Positions 1-10,086 of a stretch of DNA of 32,354 bases are shown in pieces. The notes beneath the pieces were generated by a model, which did not search any database, was not told the DNA's origin, and saw only the letters and a list, made by a program, of their open reading frames with translations. Within the stretch, counting starts at the first letter, position 1. The number at the start of each line of letters is the position of its first letter. Origin of the DNA: Candidatus Muiribacteriota bacterium (GTDB taxonomy: Bacteria > Muiribacteriota > Muiribacteriia > Muiribacteriales > Muiribacteriaceae); the NCBI GenBank assembly GCA_051747805.1, contig JBNJGP010000026.1, positions 1 through 32,354 on the forward strand, written 5' to 3'. The position numbers were made by a program, and so were the translations under genes.

Positions 1-11
1 AATGTTTAGAA

Positions 12-75
12 ACAGAACGGGGTCTGTGCCGAGCCTGAATTTAAGCTTACAGAGGTCGGCCTGACCACTCGCTTT
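12..75. repeat. GC-rich structured palindromic element, probably truncated by the window edge
   Basis: Hairpins ACAGA(12-16)/TCTGT(23-27) and GCCGA(28-32)/TCGGC(56-60); 62-75 TGACCACTCGCTTT is the exact reverse complement of 12899-12912. Confidence 0.5.
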
Positions 76-132
76 ATTTTGTTTCGTAATAAATTTTAAT
101 CTCTTGCTCTAATCTGCTTCTATCGGCTCCTT

Positions 133-160
133 ACTTCTCACTTCTCACTTTTCACCGCTC
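133..160. repeat. Short heptamer tandem repeat
   Basis: ACTTCTC ACTTCTC ACTTTTC ACCGCTC just downstream of the nadB stop. Confidence 0.6.
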
Positions 161-169
161 TAATACGCT

Positions 170-1678
170 TTATGAATTTGTTGGGATAAATTTTATTTCT
201 TCATTTTTTATAAAAAAATGGCCGTTAAATTCATCTTTTTTCTCGGGAAAATCCCCTCTTTTATGCACACCACGACTTTCTTCTCTATAAAGTGCGCTTT
301 TTGATATAATAATAGAAATATCTAAAAGATTTTGAACTTTATAATCTTTTTCTTTTTCTTTTAAATTTTTTAAAAAATCCAGATGTTCAAGAAGCTCCTT
401 TTTATTTCTTACAATATTCAGAGACTTTTCATTTGCCTTCCTGATTTTATTAATTAACTCCTGATTATCATTTGTAATTATATTTTCCCTTTTTATTTCA
501 GGTATTTTTTTATTTTCTGTTTTTTTATTTTTAATTACTTCATGGGCCATATTCAAGCCATAAACAAAACACTCTAAAAGCGAATTGCTGGCCAACCGAT
601 TAGCACCATGAACAAAAGAGGCAGCGCATTCACCTCCTGCATACAAATCCTTTATAGAAGTTCTTCCCTTTTTATCAACTTTAATACCGCCTATAAAATA
701 ATGTGCTGCGGGTTTTACAGGAATTTTATCTTTTGTCATATCAATACCGCATTCACGACAGTACTCCATAATATTTGGAAAACGTTTTTTTAAAAATTCG
801 GCAGAAAAATGGCTTACATCAAGATATACATTTTTTAAATTATTTTCTTTAATATATTCAGTTATCGCAAAAGAGACTACATCTCTGGGAGCCAGCTCCC
901 CATCTTTATGATACTTAAATAAAAATCTTTTTCCATTTTCATCAACTATTTTACCTCCTTCGCCTCTTATGGCTTCAGAAAGCAACACTCTTCTATGAGG
1001 AACATATAAAACAGTTGGATGAAACTGTATAAACTCCATATCTGCAAGTTCAACCCCCCTGCGCCAGGCTACTGCAATACCCTCGCCCATTATATAGGGA
1101 GAATTTGAGGTTGTTTCAAATATAGCGCCCACTCCTCCAGTTGCCATAATAACTGAATCGGCATAAAGATTTTTTATACAATTATCCTCCATTTTATAGC
1201 TTAAACCATATACTTTGTTATTTTTTGTTAAAATATCTACTAACTCGGCTTTTAAAAGTTTTATTGAAATATTTTTTTCTTTAATGTACTTAATAAGTTT
1301 TTCAAAAATTTCTCTTCCTGTAATATCACCTATATGAAGAATGCGATTTACACTGTGAGCAGCCTCTTTAGCAGGAGCACCTTCAAAAAAAACTCCTTTT
1401 TTTTGAAGCCAGTCTTTTACTTTTAAAGTTTCCTTTATCAACGACATAGTATTTTCAGGGTCATTTAAGAATTTGCCGGCTTTAAGTGTATCTTCGTAAT
1501 GTCTTTCAAAAGAATCACGTCTACTTACCGGTATGGCAACCCCACCCTGTGCTTTATATGAGTTGTTTTCAGTTTTGTCATTTTTAAATAAAACCGTTAC
1601 CTCAACTCCGTTTTCTGCAAGTTCAACAGCAGATGTAATTCCTGTTAAACCTGACCCTGCAATTATAACTTTCTTCAT
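170..1678 (-). CDS. nadB: L-aspartate oxidase
   Basis: FAD motif GSGLTG, SYKAQGGVA, EAAHSVNRILH, MEFIQFHPT, LLSEAIRGEG, ELAPRDVV, HGANRLASNSLLE, REESRGVH. Confidence 0.93.
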   Translation of the reverse strand: MKKVIIAGSGLTGITSAVELAENGVEVTVLFKNDKTENNSYKAQGGVAIPVSRRDSFERHYEDTLKAGKFLNDPENTMSLIKETLKVKDWLQKKGVFFEGAPAKEAAHSVNRILHIGDITGREIFEKLIKYIKEKNISIKLLKAELVDILTKNNKVYGLSYKMEDNCIKNLYADSVIMATGGVGAIFETTSNSPYIMGEGIAVAWRRGVELADMEFIQFHPTVLYVPHRRVLLSEAIRGEGGKIVDENGKRFLFKYHKDGELAPRDVVSFAITEYIKENNLKNVYLDVSHFSAEFLKKRFPNIMEYCRECGIDMTKDKIPVKPAAHYFIGGIKVDKKGRTSIKDLYAGGECAASFVHGANRLASNSLLECFVYGLNMAHEVIKNKKTENKKIPEIKRENIITNDNQELINKIRKANEKSLNIVRNKKELLEHLDFLKNLKEKEKDYKVQNLLDISIIISKSALYREESRGVHKRGDFPEKKDEFNGHFFIKNEEIKFIPTNS

Positions 1679-1686
1679 TTTCCACC

Positions 1687-3996
1687 TTACATTTCAGCGT
1701 CTGCTTCGCTAATATATTCGGATACATTGACAATATCCCGGTTAATTTTTTCAAGCGCTTTTTTAATTTTATCTACAAGCTGTTCATCTTCGGCAAAAAC
1801 CCTTTTAATCTGTTGCAGTAAATCAATTACCTGTCTGAAAAGTCTTATTATATCACCTTCTGAAAGATGTGTTAAGGTAAGCAGATATTTAAAATCAGCC
1901 CCTCTGCTCCAGCTCCATGCAAGTTTTATTACATCAAGGTAAATTGTTTTAGATGGTTCAAGGCCACATCTTATTTCCTGTCTTTTTATATGTTCAAAAA
2001 CTTTTTTTGCCTGTTTAATCTTATAATAAATTTCGTTTCTCTTTATTCTTCCCTCAAAATCCTTTTTAGGATTTATTTCATAAACCATACATGCACAAAG
2101 TACATTAAGCTCATCAGGGTCAAATTCCTTGAAGAATCCGGCAATCGCAAGTTCTGCCACAATTAATTCATAACCATAGATTCTTGAGGCTATTCTACCA
2201 CGATAAGTAAGTTTTGTATCCTCAATATACCCTGCTTTTTTAAGAAAATCATACTTTTTAATAAACATATCATAATGGTCAGGCTGATTTCCCTTAACAG
2301 CATTTTCAAGTTCATATATTCTTTTAGAATAATTCCTGATTTGATTTCCAATTTTTTTACATCTGTTTTTATTTTCACATTTCTGACAGGAAATATTAGA
2401 AAGGGTTTTGTTTATTTTATTTAATTTCTGCTTATAATTAACCTCTTCTGCCTTAAGCTTTTTTTTACGGCCGGCTCCTAATTTGCCGGAGCGAATTTTA
2501 CTTTGAACAGTTTTAAGTTTCATTGTAAATCTGTATTTTTTCTTTATTGCCTTAGAGTATTTTTTAAACTCGCCGTAATCATCACATTCTATTTTACTTT
2601 TAGTTTCGTCCACAATATTATGCTTCTGCTCAATTTTATCTTTAAGTTCGCCTTCTTTTTCTCCCGCAAGAAACTGCGCAAAACTCATTTCAAGAATTTC
2701 TCTTATTTGCGGTATATTATACTGATCAACCAGGTTTAACACAGTGTTATACGATAGTTTAAACTGACTTTCAAGCGGTTCAAGCTTGCTTTCATCAAGC
2801 ACCCTTTCAACTTCATCTATTTTCAAAAATGGGGTATTAATTACAGATATTACATTTCCTTTTTCATCTATACCTCTTCTTCCTGCCCTGCCGGCCATCT
2901 GGAAGTACTCATTGTTTTTAAGATATCTAAACTCTATGCCATCATATTTTTCAAGCGATGAAAAAATTGCCGCTTTTGCCGGCATGTTAACTCCAACAGC
3001 AAAAGTTTCTGTAACAAAAATAACTTTAATTAATCCTTTACCGAATAAAACCTCAATAACTTCCTTCAAAACAGGTAAAATTCCAGCATTATGAATTCCA
3101 AATCCTTTAAGAGCATATTTTTTTATCATATCAACAGACTTCATCTTATCAATATCATATTTCCCCGTCATTTCATTAAAAGTCCGGGCAACTTCTTTTC
3201 TCTCTTCGGAAGTTAAAAGATTAAATTCTTTTGAGGCTTCTTTAGCATATCTTAAACAGCCGTCCCTTGAAAAAACAAAACAAATTGAGGGAAATAAATT
3301 CGTTTTTTTAAGCCTGTGTATAATATCTACAATATCTTTAGGCTGAAATTTTTTCCTGTATTTAGAAAGATTACCTGGTTTTTTTAAAAATCTGTCAACA
3401 GGAATAATCCCCTTATGTTTAGAGTATATACTATGAAAAAGCGGAACCGGACGTTCTTTTTTTTCAATAAGAACAACGTTATGTTTTTTTATTTTTGTTA
3501 TCCAGTCGGCCAAATCACATGCGTTTGGAATTGTGGCCGACAAACATAAAAATCTCATATGCGAAAGAGCAAAAATTATACTTTCCTCCCAGATAACTCC
3601 TCTTTGAATGTCATTAATATAATGTATTTCATCAAAAATAATATATTTCACATCAGAAAGAGCTTCTTTTTGTGCAAATAGCATATTTCTAAATATCTCT
3701 GTAGTCATTATGAGAATCTGAGCATTAGGATTAATACTTACATCACCAGTTAAAATTCCAACTTTATCTCCATAATATTCAGAAAAATCGCGATACTTCT
3801 GATTGCTTAAAGCTTTTATAGGAGCGGTATAAATTGCCCTTTCATGTTTTTGAAGGAAATGATCAAGAAGATATTCCGCAATCAGAGTTTTTCCGCAACC
3901 CGTTGGCGCCGCAACCACAACACTGTTTCCAGCTTCCAGTTCTTCCACCGATTTTTGCTGAAAATCATCTAATACTTTATTTTTATATTCTATCAT
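1687..3996 (-). CDS. Ski2/HelY-like DExH-box RNA helicase
   Basis: APTGCGKT, YTAPIKALSNQKY, MTTEIFRNML, DEIH, LSAT, TETFAVGVNMPA, QMAGRAGRRG, LESQFKLSYN, C-terminal EGDIIRLFRQVIDLL (DSHCT-like). Confidence 0.92.
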   Translation of the reverse strand: MIEYKNKVLDDFQQKSVEELEAGNSVVVAAPTGCGKTLIAEYLLDHFLQKHERAIYTAPIKALSNQKYRDFSEYYGDKVGILTGDVSINPNAQILIMTTEIFRNMLFAQKEALSDVKYIIFDEIHYINDIQRGVIWEESIIFALSHMRFLCLSATIPNACDLADWITKIKKHNVVLIEKKERPVPLFHSIYSKHKGIIPVDRFLKKPGNLSKYRKKFQPKDIVDIIHRLKKTNLFPSICFVFSRDGCLRYAKEASKEFNLLTSEERKEVARTFNEMTGKYDIDKMKSVDMIKKYALKGFGIHNAGILPVLKEVIEVLFGKGLIKVIFVTETFAVGVNMPAKAAIFSSLEKYDGIEFRYLKNNEYFQMAGRAGRRGIDEKGNVISVINTPFLKIDEVERVLDESKLEPLESQFKLSYNTVLNLVDQYNIPQIREILEMSFAQFLAGEKEGELKDKIEQKHNIVDETKSKIECDDYGEFKKYSKAIKKKYRFTMKLKTVQSKIRSGKLGAGRKKKLKAEEVNYKQKLNKINKTLSNISCQKCENKNRCKKIGNQIRNYSKRIYELENAVKGNQPDHYDMFIKKYDFLKKAGYIEDTKLTYRGRIASRIYGYELIVAELAIAGFFKEFDPDELNVLCACMVYEINPKKDFEGRIKRNEIYYKIKQAKKVFEHIKRQEIRCGLEPSKTIYLDVIKLAWSWSRGADFKYLLTLTHLSEGDIIRLFRQVIDLLQQIKRVFAEDEQLVDKIKKALEKINRDIVNVSEYISEADAEM

Positions 3997-4025
3997 TATT
4001 AAACCTCATGCTTATTATTAATTTT

Positions 4026-5279
4026 TTAATATATTCTAACTATCTCTACTCCAGAATAATAAAAAGGGATTATTTCTCTAAAAGTAAGGCCTTTCTCCGC
4101 AAGCCCCTTTGAACCCCATTGACAAAGACCAACACCGTGCCCGGAACCACTGCCGTCAATTGTATAACCATCATAATGTATATTCTCTTGTCTTTCTTCA
4201 GACTCTAATATTATATTTTTTATAAAATCGCTTCTTTCTGTTTCTAAAATATTTCCCAGCTTATCAATCCGTTTGCTTGTAGCTGCTGAATTTCCTCCAT
4301 AACCTTTAAGAGAAAACATGGTATTCCACATCTTCATTGACCCGACAAGCAGCCTGAATCTATTGGCCTGCATTAAATATTCTCCAGATTTTCCTGTAAT
4401 TTTAATCTCTTTTGCTCTTCCAAAAGAATCACTTTCACTTACTCCCACTCTTTTTATTTTTCCAATATTAACACCATCAAGCTTATTTTCAAGCTCAGAA
4501 AGCTTAAGGTCAAAACTCCAGGAAGATCTGGGAGAATGAGAACAGAAATCACACCACCGTCCCCTTAAATATTCAATAGGACTTCCGTTCCACACATCTT
4601 CGTTATTAGCTGTTCCTCCCCCGCAGGCTGAATGATGATAGGCTGATATAAGCTCACCGTTATATTTTATTACAATACCTCGTGTAGAATCAACAGCCTC
4701 TCTTATAATATCACATTCTGTATTATATCCCCTGTAAACCTGACAGTGTGTAGTGTTACAAACATCAAAATTTTGTCCGGAGTGTCTATCTTTATTTTTA
4801 AGCCCATAAGTTCTTACAACAATCGAGAGTGTTTTTAAAGCTTCTTCGGGGGCTGTTCGAAGCATTTCATTAGCCAGAACTCCATAAACATAATGTTCAA
4901 GATTAACCTTATTGATTACATTAAATCCTCTGTCTGAGAATATAAGTTTTATACTTCCCCTGTATCTTAAATTATTATACTCAATCAAATGTTTCTTGTT
5001 TCTGGGAGTTAATATTATTTTTCTGCCGCTGTAATTACGGTTATTTATCTGAAAATTACTTCCCGCTCTTCTTACATTAACAGTTTTATCTAAAATATTT
5101 TCTTTTCTGCTTTCAGAATAATTTATTATAAACCCGCTCTGCGAAAAAAAACGTGCCTGATTCTGATTAGTATTAAGCCCTACTTTAATATCAGGTACAT
5201 CCGCCAACAAATAAACATTACTGAATACAAGTATAAAAATAAATAAAAGTAAAAGATTTATTTTATTTGTTTTTTGCAA
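4026..5279 (-). CDS. SpoIID/LytB domain peptidoglycan lytic transglycosylase, exported
   Basis: YRGSI, NKVNLEHYVYGVLANEM, FDVCNTTHCQVY, YHHSACGG, GSGHGVGLCQWG; hydrophobic N-terminal segment. In-frame TTG at 5279 preferred to the ORF-track start 5309 because it shortens the overlap with queH. Confidence 0.9.
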   Translation of the reverse strand: MQKTNKINLLLLFIFILVFSNVYLLADVPDIKVGLNTNQNQARFFSQSGFIINYSESRKENILDKTVNVRRAGSNFQINNRNYSGRKIILTPRNKKHLIEYNNLRYRGSIKLIFSDRGFNVINKVNLEHYVYGVLANEMLRTAPEEALKTLSIVVRTYGLKNKDRHSGQNFDVCNTTHCQVYRGYNTECDIIREAVDSTRGIVIKYNGELISAYHHSACGGGTANNEDVWNGSPIEYLRGRWCDFCSHSPRSSWSFDLKLSELENKLDGVNIGKIKRVGVSESDSFGRAKEIKITGKSGEYLMQANRFRLLVGSMKMWNTMFSLKGYGGNSAATSKRIDKLGNILETERSDFIKNIILESEERQENIHYDGYTIDGSGSGHGVGLCQWGSKGLAEKGLTFREIIPFYYSGVEIVRIY

Positions 5280-5814
5280 AACGTCTTTCTTCACTGAATA
5301 TACATCCACAATAGTTTTGAGTATAAAAACCTCTTTTTTTTAAAATATTTTTATCATAACAGTCTCTAATATCGTAAAATAAAAACTGCAGATTATTTTT
5401 AGCCGCAACTTTATTACCATAATGCTGCATGAAATTACTATCCTGTTTTGGGGAACAAAGCAGGGTAGTTGTAAAAACTTTAAATCCATTTTTTAATGCG
5501 TATTCCGCAGTTTTATGAAGACGCCATTTATAACATTGAATACAGCGTGAGCTGTTATTATCATCGGTATTCTGGATAAATTTTGAAACACTGTAGGTAT
5601 TATCTTCAATCAGTTTAAGTCCTTTTTTAAAAACAAGTTTTTTTAATACCTCTTTTCTTTTTCTATACTCCTTAATACCATGTATATTAGGATTAAACCA
5701 GAGAACGGTGAGATTTGTGCTACTTCCAAAAATATCATAAAAGTTTTCAAAACATACCCCACAGCAGGCATGAACTAATATTTTAATATTTTCCTGTTTA
5801 TATTCACCTTTCAA
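5263..5814 (-). CDS. queH: Epoxyqueuosine reductase QueH (DUF208)
   Basis: ILVHACCGVC, FNPNIH, RCIQCYKWRL, FTTTLL, YTQNYCGCIFS. Start uncertain; in-frame TTG at 5814 used instead of 5910, which overlaps ruvB by about 100 nt. Confidence 0.85.
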   Translation of the reverse strand: MKGEYKQENIKILVHACCGVCFENFYDIFGSSTNLTVLWFNPNIHGIKEYRKRKEVLKKLVFKKGLKLIEDNTYSVSKFIQNTDDNNSSRCIQCYKWRLHKTAEYALKNGFKVFTTTLLCSPKQDSNFMQHYGNKVAAKNNLQFLFYDIRDCYDKNILKKRGFYTQNYCGCIFSEERRFAKNK

Positions 5815-6805
5815 TTCCGAAATATTCGTAAGCTGCATCTGTTGCAAGCCTCCCTCTTGGTGTCCGGCATAAAAATCCAAGCTGAAGAAGAAACGGTTCA
5901 TAAACTTCATAAATACTTCTTGATTCTTCTCCTATGCTCATTGCTATTGTATCAAGTCCTACAGGCCCTCCCGAGAACTTTTTAATAATAGTGTCCATTA
6001 TTTTCCTATCCATAAAATCAAGCCCGTTTTTATCAATTTCAAGAATTTTAAGAGTTTTATTAACAATATCTGAGGTAACTTTTTCTTTATTTCTAGTCTG
6101 AGCATAATCCCTTGCCCTTCGTAAAATCCGAAGTGCAATTCTGGGAGTTCCTCTTGAACATTCTGCCAGTTTCAGGCAGGCCTCTGATTTAATATTTATC
6201 TGCAATTTTTGAGAATACCCATAAACAATCTCGGCCAGCTCTTCCTTTTTATAATAATCCAGTCTGATATGCATTCCAAATCTATCCCTTAAAGGAGAGC
6301 TCAACAATCCTGACATCGTTGTTGCCCCAATAAGGGTGAAATGTTTCAAAGGAAGTCTCAGAGCTTTTGCAGAAGCGCTTTTCCCAATCATAATATCCAG
6401 TTTATAATCTTCCATTGCCGAGTATAAAACTTCTTCTACAGTTCTTGATAATCTATGAATTTCATCAATAAACAAAACATCTTTATGATTTAAATCAGTC
6501 AGCAGCTTTGCAATATCACCAGTTTTCGTTAATGTTGGTCCACTTGTGATTTTGAACTGAGACCCCAATTCTTTGGAAACTATAGTGGCTAAAGTTGTTT
6601 TGCCAAGACCTGGCGGACCAGAAAGCAGTATGTGGTCGCAAGCCTCATCTCTTGCTTTAGCTGCTTCAAGTATCATTGAAATTTTTGTTTTATTTGCATC
6701 CTGACCTATAAAATCATTAATTTTAACTGGCCTCAGGTTTTTCTCCTCAACACCTTCATCCTGAGAGGCCGGACTTACTACTCTTTCATAATTTTCTTTA
6801 ATCAT
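5804..6805 (-). CDS. ruvB: Holliday junction branch migration helicase RuvB
   Basis: LRP, FIGQ, GPPGLGKTTLA, LFIDEIHRL, LYSAMEDY, PLRDRFG, RGTPRIA, YEPFL, RTPRGR. Confidence 0.98.
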   Translation of the reverse strand: MIKENYERVVSPASQDEGVEEKNLRPVKINDFIGQDANKTKISMILEAAKARDEACDHILLSGPPGLGKTTLATIVSKELGSQFKITSGPTLTKTGDIAKLLTDLNHKDVLFIDEIHRLSRTVEEVLYSAMEDYKLDIMIGKSASAKALRLPLKHFTLIGATTMSGLLSSPLRDRFGMHIRLDYYKKEELAEIVYGYSQKLQINIKSEACLKLAECSRGTPRIALRILRRARDYAQTRNKEKVTSDIVNKTLKILEIDKNGLDFMDRKIMDTIIKKFSGGPVGLDTIAMSIGEESRSIYEVYEPFLLQLGFLCRTPRGRLATDAAYEYFGIER

Positions 6806-6819
6806 AACACCTAATCAAC

Positions 6820-7407
6820 CTAGTTAATTTTTTTTAAGGCAAATCTAATAACTTCCTCAAGAGGAGAATTTTCATCAAAATTCTTCTCTACCGATTTTAT
6901 TACTTTTTTAATCTGCTCGGGACTGTACCCGAAATTTCTTAAAGCTTCGGCAGTATCTCCAACTATACCCTGATAGTTTTCTGTTGTACTATCGTCATCA
7001 AAGTCATCAAAATTTATTTTACCCTTCATTTCCAGTATAATTCTGCCTGCTCCCTTTTTTCCAATACCCGATACTTTTGCAAGAGCCTCTACATCTCCAG
7101 AATGTACTATTCTTGTAAAATCAGGGGTAGAATAAAGTGAAAGTATATTTAAGGCGATTTTCGGACCTATTTTAGATATTGAAATTAATTTTTTAAAAAG
7201 AGTAAGGTTCTCTTCGTTTGAAAAACCATAAAGCTCTATTTCAGTATCTCTGACTGCCTGATAAACGAAAAATTTCTTATTATCATTTATATTAATTTTC
7301 TGTAAACAGGTCAGGGGCATATTAAGAATATATCCAATTCCATTAGCCTCACAAACTGCAGTATTAAGTTTTTTTTCAGTAACTGTTCCAATAATATATT
7401 TATACAT
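6820..7407 (-). CDS. ruvA: Holliday junction branch migration protein RuvA
   Basis: NGIGY, LYGF, KIGPKIAL, VSGIGKKGAGRIILEMKGK; ATG at 7407 with GAGG upstream; between ruvC and ruvB. Confidence 0.96.
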   Translation of the reverse strand: MYKYIIGTVTEKKLNTAVCEANGIGYILNMPLTCLQKININDNKKFFVYQAVRDTEIELYGFSNEENLTLFKKLISISKIGPKIALNILSLYSTPDFTRIVHSGDVEALAKVSGIGKKGAGRIILEMKGKINFDDFDDDSTTENYQGIVGDTAEALRNFGYSPEQIKKVIKSVEKNFDENSPLEEVIRFALKKIN

Positions 7408-7885
7408 AATCAGCCTCATTAAAAAAATTCAGATGACATATTCCAACAGCAATAGCATCGGCAACATCATCAGGTTTCGGCACTTCCGACAAATTCAATA
7501 TTTTTTTAACCATCTGCTGAACATCACGTTTTGGAGCTCTGCCATGTCCTGTCACGGCCTGTTTTATCTGCAGTGGAGTATATTCTGATACTCTAAGTCT
7601 ATTTAAAACTCCCGCCAGAAGAAGCACCCCTCTTGCCTCTGATACAGCCATAGCAGTTGTAATATTTTTATTGAAATAAAGTTTTTCAATTGCCAGCTCC
7701 TCTGGCGAATATCTTGAAATAACCTCTGAAATATTATCATAAATCTCAAGCAGACGTTCTTCACCAGATTTATTTTTATGGGTAACTATCTGGCCATAAC
7801 TTAAGGGGTTAATATTGTTATCTTTTTTTTCTAAAACTGAAAAACCAACAATAGCTGTGCCAGGATCAATTCCTAAAACACGCAT
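7400..7885 (-). CDS. ruvC: Crossover junction endodeoxyribonuclease RuvC
   Basis: RVLGIDPG, AIEKLYF, EARGV, EYTPLQIKQAVTG, PKPDDVADAIAVGICH. Confidence 0.98.
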   Translation of the reverse strand: MRVLGIDPGTAIVGFSVLEKKDNNINPLSYGQIVTHKNKSGEERLLEIYDNISEVISRYSPEELAIEKLYFNKNITTAMAVSEARGVLLLAGVLNRLRVSEYTPLQIKQAVTGHGRAPKRDVQQMVKKILNLSEVPKPDDVADAIAVGICHLNFFNEADYV

Positions 7886-8637
7886 TAATTTTCCATTCCC
7901 TCCATAATATCATCATCTATATCAAAATTAGCATAAACTTCCTGCACATCATCATCATCTTCTAATGCGTCCATCAGTTTCAGCATGGAAGAAGCTCCTT
8001 TCTCATCAAGTTTAACATAGTTTTCAGGTATCATTGTAACCGAGGCATTTTCTGTTTTAAGACCCGTTTTTTCAATGTTGTTTTTCACCTCTTCAAAATC
8101 CCCGGGCAATGTAATAATCTCATAAACATTATCATCATCAGTTTTAATATCTTCGGCACCGGACTCAATAGCAGTTTCCATAAGTTTTTCTTCATCAATT
8201 TGACTTTTTAATACAGATATATAACCCTTTTTATTAAACATCCAGGAAACACAGCCGTTTTCACCGAGATTTCCGCCGTATTTACTAAATAAATGTCTTA
8301 TATTAGCAGCCGTGCGATTTTTATTATCTGTCAGACATTCAACGATCATTGCAACGCCAGCCGGACCATATCCTTCATAAACAATTGATATATACTCATC
8401 ACCTTCTGTATTTCCTGCTCCTTTCTGAATCGCCCTTTTAATATTATCATTGGGCATACTTGCAGATTTTGCCTTCAGTATAGCCGTTCTCAACTTTGGG
8501 TTCTTATCTTCGTCGGGCCCGCCCTCTTTTACAGCGACAGTTATAAATTTTGCCAGTTTAGAAAAGATTTTTCCTCTCTTTGCATCTTTTGCACCTTTTT
8601 TGTGCTTAATTGAACTCCATTTATTATGTCCTGACAT
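7885..8637 (-). CDS. yebC: YebC/PmpR family protein
   Basis: [43 protein letters not shown] at 8637 preceded by AAGGAG. Confidence 0.97.
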   Translation of the reverse strand: MSGHNKWSSIKHKKGAKDAKRGKIFSKLAKFITVAVKEGGPDEDKNPKLRTAILKAKSASMPNDNIKRAIQKGAGNTEGDEYISIVYEGYGPAGVAMIVECLTDNKNRTAANIRHLFSKYGGNLGENGCVSWMFNKKGYISVLKSQIDEEKLMETAIESGAEDIKTDDDNVYEIITLPGDFEEVKNNIEKTGLKTENASVTMIPENYVKLDEKGASSMLKLMDALEDDDDVQEVYANFDIDDDIMEGMEN

Positions 8638-8696
8638 TTTTTCAGTTCTCCTTTTCTGATAAGTTAAAAATCGTCTTCCCAAATTAATTTGTTATA

Positions 8697-8726
8697 ATTA
8701 TACACCTTTATAGTAATTAAAATCAA
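8697..8726 (-). promoter_or_regulatory. Candidate sigma70 promoter of the yebC-ruv run
   Basis: Minus strand TTGATT-N18-TATAAT in the divergent intergenic region. Confidence 0.5.
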
Positions 8727-8745
8727 ATTATGATATGTTTAATTT

Positions 8746-9222
8746 ATGAAACTTGGAGTTCTCGGATATATACAAAAAAATAATAATGTTCTAATGCTTT
8801 ATCGTAATAAAAAGAAAAATGACTTTCACGAGGGAAAATGGGTTCCTCCAGGCGGCAGAATAGAGCCCGGTGAATCCCCTCTTGAAGCCTTATATCGTGA
8901 AATTTTTGAAGAAACCGGGTTTAAAGTAAAAAAAGCCTGTTTAAAAGCTATTCTAACTTTTCCTGAAGATGAAAATAAAACTTTTGGTGGGTTATGGTAT
9001 GGTTTCTGCTATCGTATAGATAAATGGTCCGGAAGCCTTATTAGCTGTAATGAGGGAGAGCTGGAATGGATTCCTATTTCAAAACTGAATAATATATCTG
9101 TATGGGAAGGAGATAAAATTTTTAACCCTCTTATTTTAGAAAAAAACAATAAATCATATGATATAAAGCTTGTTTATAAAAACGGCATGTTACAATCACA
9201 CATAATTAATTTAACAAGCTGA
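8746..9222 (+). CDS. Nudix hydrolase, 8-oxo-dGTPase (MutT/MutX)-like
   Basis: Nudix box GGRIEPGESPLEALYREIFEETG; LMLYRNKKKNDFHEGKW, EGELEW and WEGD are typical of the MutX-like subgroup. Confidence 0.88.
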   Translation: MKLGVLGYIQKNNNVLMLYRNKKKNDFHEGKWVPPGGRIEPGESPLEALYREIFEETGFKVKKACLKAILTFPEDENKTFGGLWYGFCYRIDKWSGSLISCNEGELEWIPISKLNNISVWEGDKIFNPLILEKNNKSYDIKLVYKNGMLQSHIINLTS

Positions 9223-9231
9223 GAACTCTTT

Positions 9232-10086
9232 TTATTTATTGAATAAAATAATTAAAACAACCCCCGCAAACATTAAAAGGGCCCCTGTTGTTCTTTTTAA
9301 AATTGATGTTTCCTTAAAAATTATAAACCCCGCAATAACGCTCATTAAGACACTTGTTCTTTTAATTGCAATCACATAAGGAACAATTGTTAATGTCAGG
9401 GCCTGCATTTGAAAAACTATTGTCATTCCATTAAATAATCCAGCAGAAATAAGATGTTTACGATATTTATTTTGTCTATTTAATTTTAAAAATCTTGGTC
9501 TGAAAAGAAAAACTGCCATAAAAAGATAAACTGAAAAACCCCAGAAAACCGGTGTTGAATTATTTAATCCAATTTTATCCAGATTTGCCGTAATACTCCA
9601 GATAAAAGCCACTCCAAGCATTAATCTTGTGCCAGTATTTGTAAAAAGAGATTTAAATGGGTCAAAAATCTTCATTCCTTTCTTTAAATTTGCGATATAG
9701 CTTCCAATTACAATTAAAACAATTCCAGAAGCTCCTGCTATATTTGGGAATTCATTTAGAATCAGAGGTGATGTTAAAAGTAAAAGCAGAGGCGAAAAGG
9801 CCACCATCGGAATTGACTGAGAAATATCACTCTGCTTTAAGGCTCCTGCATAAAAGATAGAAACAAGCGAGTTTAATAAACCGCTTAAAACAAGTATAAT
9901 AAAAAAGTTGCTGTTTAACTGCGGAACTCCCTCTTTTAACACAAGAAAAAAAAGAGGAGGAAGTGCAAAGAAGTTTGTTGCCCAGGCCACTTTTAAAAAA
10001 TCATAATTTTCACCAGATTTTTTGGTGAAAATATCAGTAAGTGAACGGCATAATGCAGTTAAAAAAGATAATAATATCCAGTTCAC
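9232..10086 (-). CDS. EamA/DMT family transporter
   Basis: About 10 hydrophobic segments in two repeats; GTG start overlaps the upstream stop (GTGA). Confidence 0.85.
   Translation of the reverse strand: MNWILLSFLTALCRSLTDIFTKKSGENYDFLKVAWATNFFALPPLFFLVLKEGVPQLNSNFFIILVLSGLLNSLVSIFYAGALKQSDISQSIPMVAFSPLLLLLTSPLILNEFPNIAGASGIVLIVIGSYIANLKKGMKIFDPFKSLFTNTGTRLMLGVAFIWSITANLDKIGLNNSTPVFWGFSVYLFMAVFLFRPRFLKLNRQNKYRKHLISAGLFNGMTIVFQMQALTLTIVPYVIAIKRTSVLMSVIAGFIIFKETSILKRTTGALLMFAGVVLIILFNK

Noticed and set aside
1..75. Resemblance to the 3' end of RNase P RNA (AATG..AACAGAAC..GCTTACAG)
   Set aside because: The conserved ACAGAAnnCGGCTTA is not contiguous; over 20 extra nt separate the halves. An Rfam scan with upstream sequence would settle it.
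1687..3996. Anti-phage defence helicase
   Set aside because: Motifs fit the HelY/Ski2 RNA helicase and neighbours are housekeeping genes, with no nuclease partner.
4026..5279. Evidence of sporulation
   Set aside because: SpoIID/LytB homologues are widespread in non-sporulating bacteria and no other spo gene is present.
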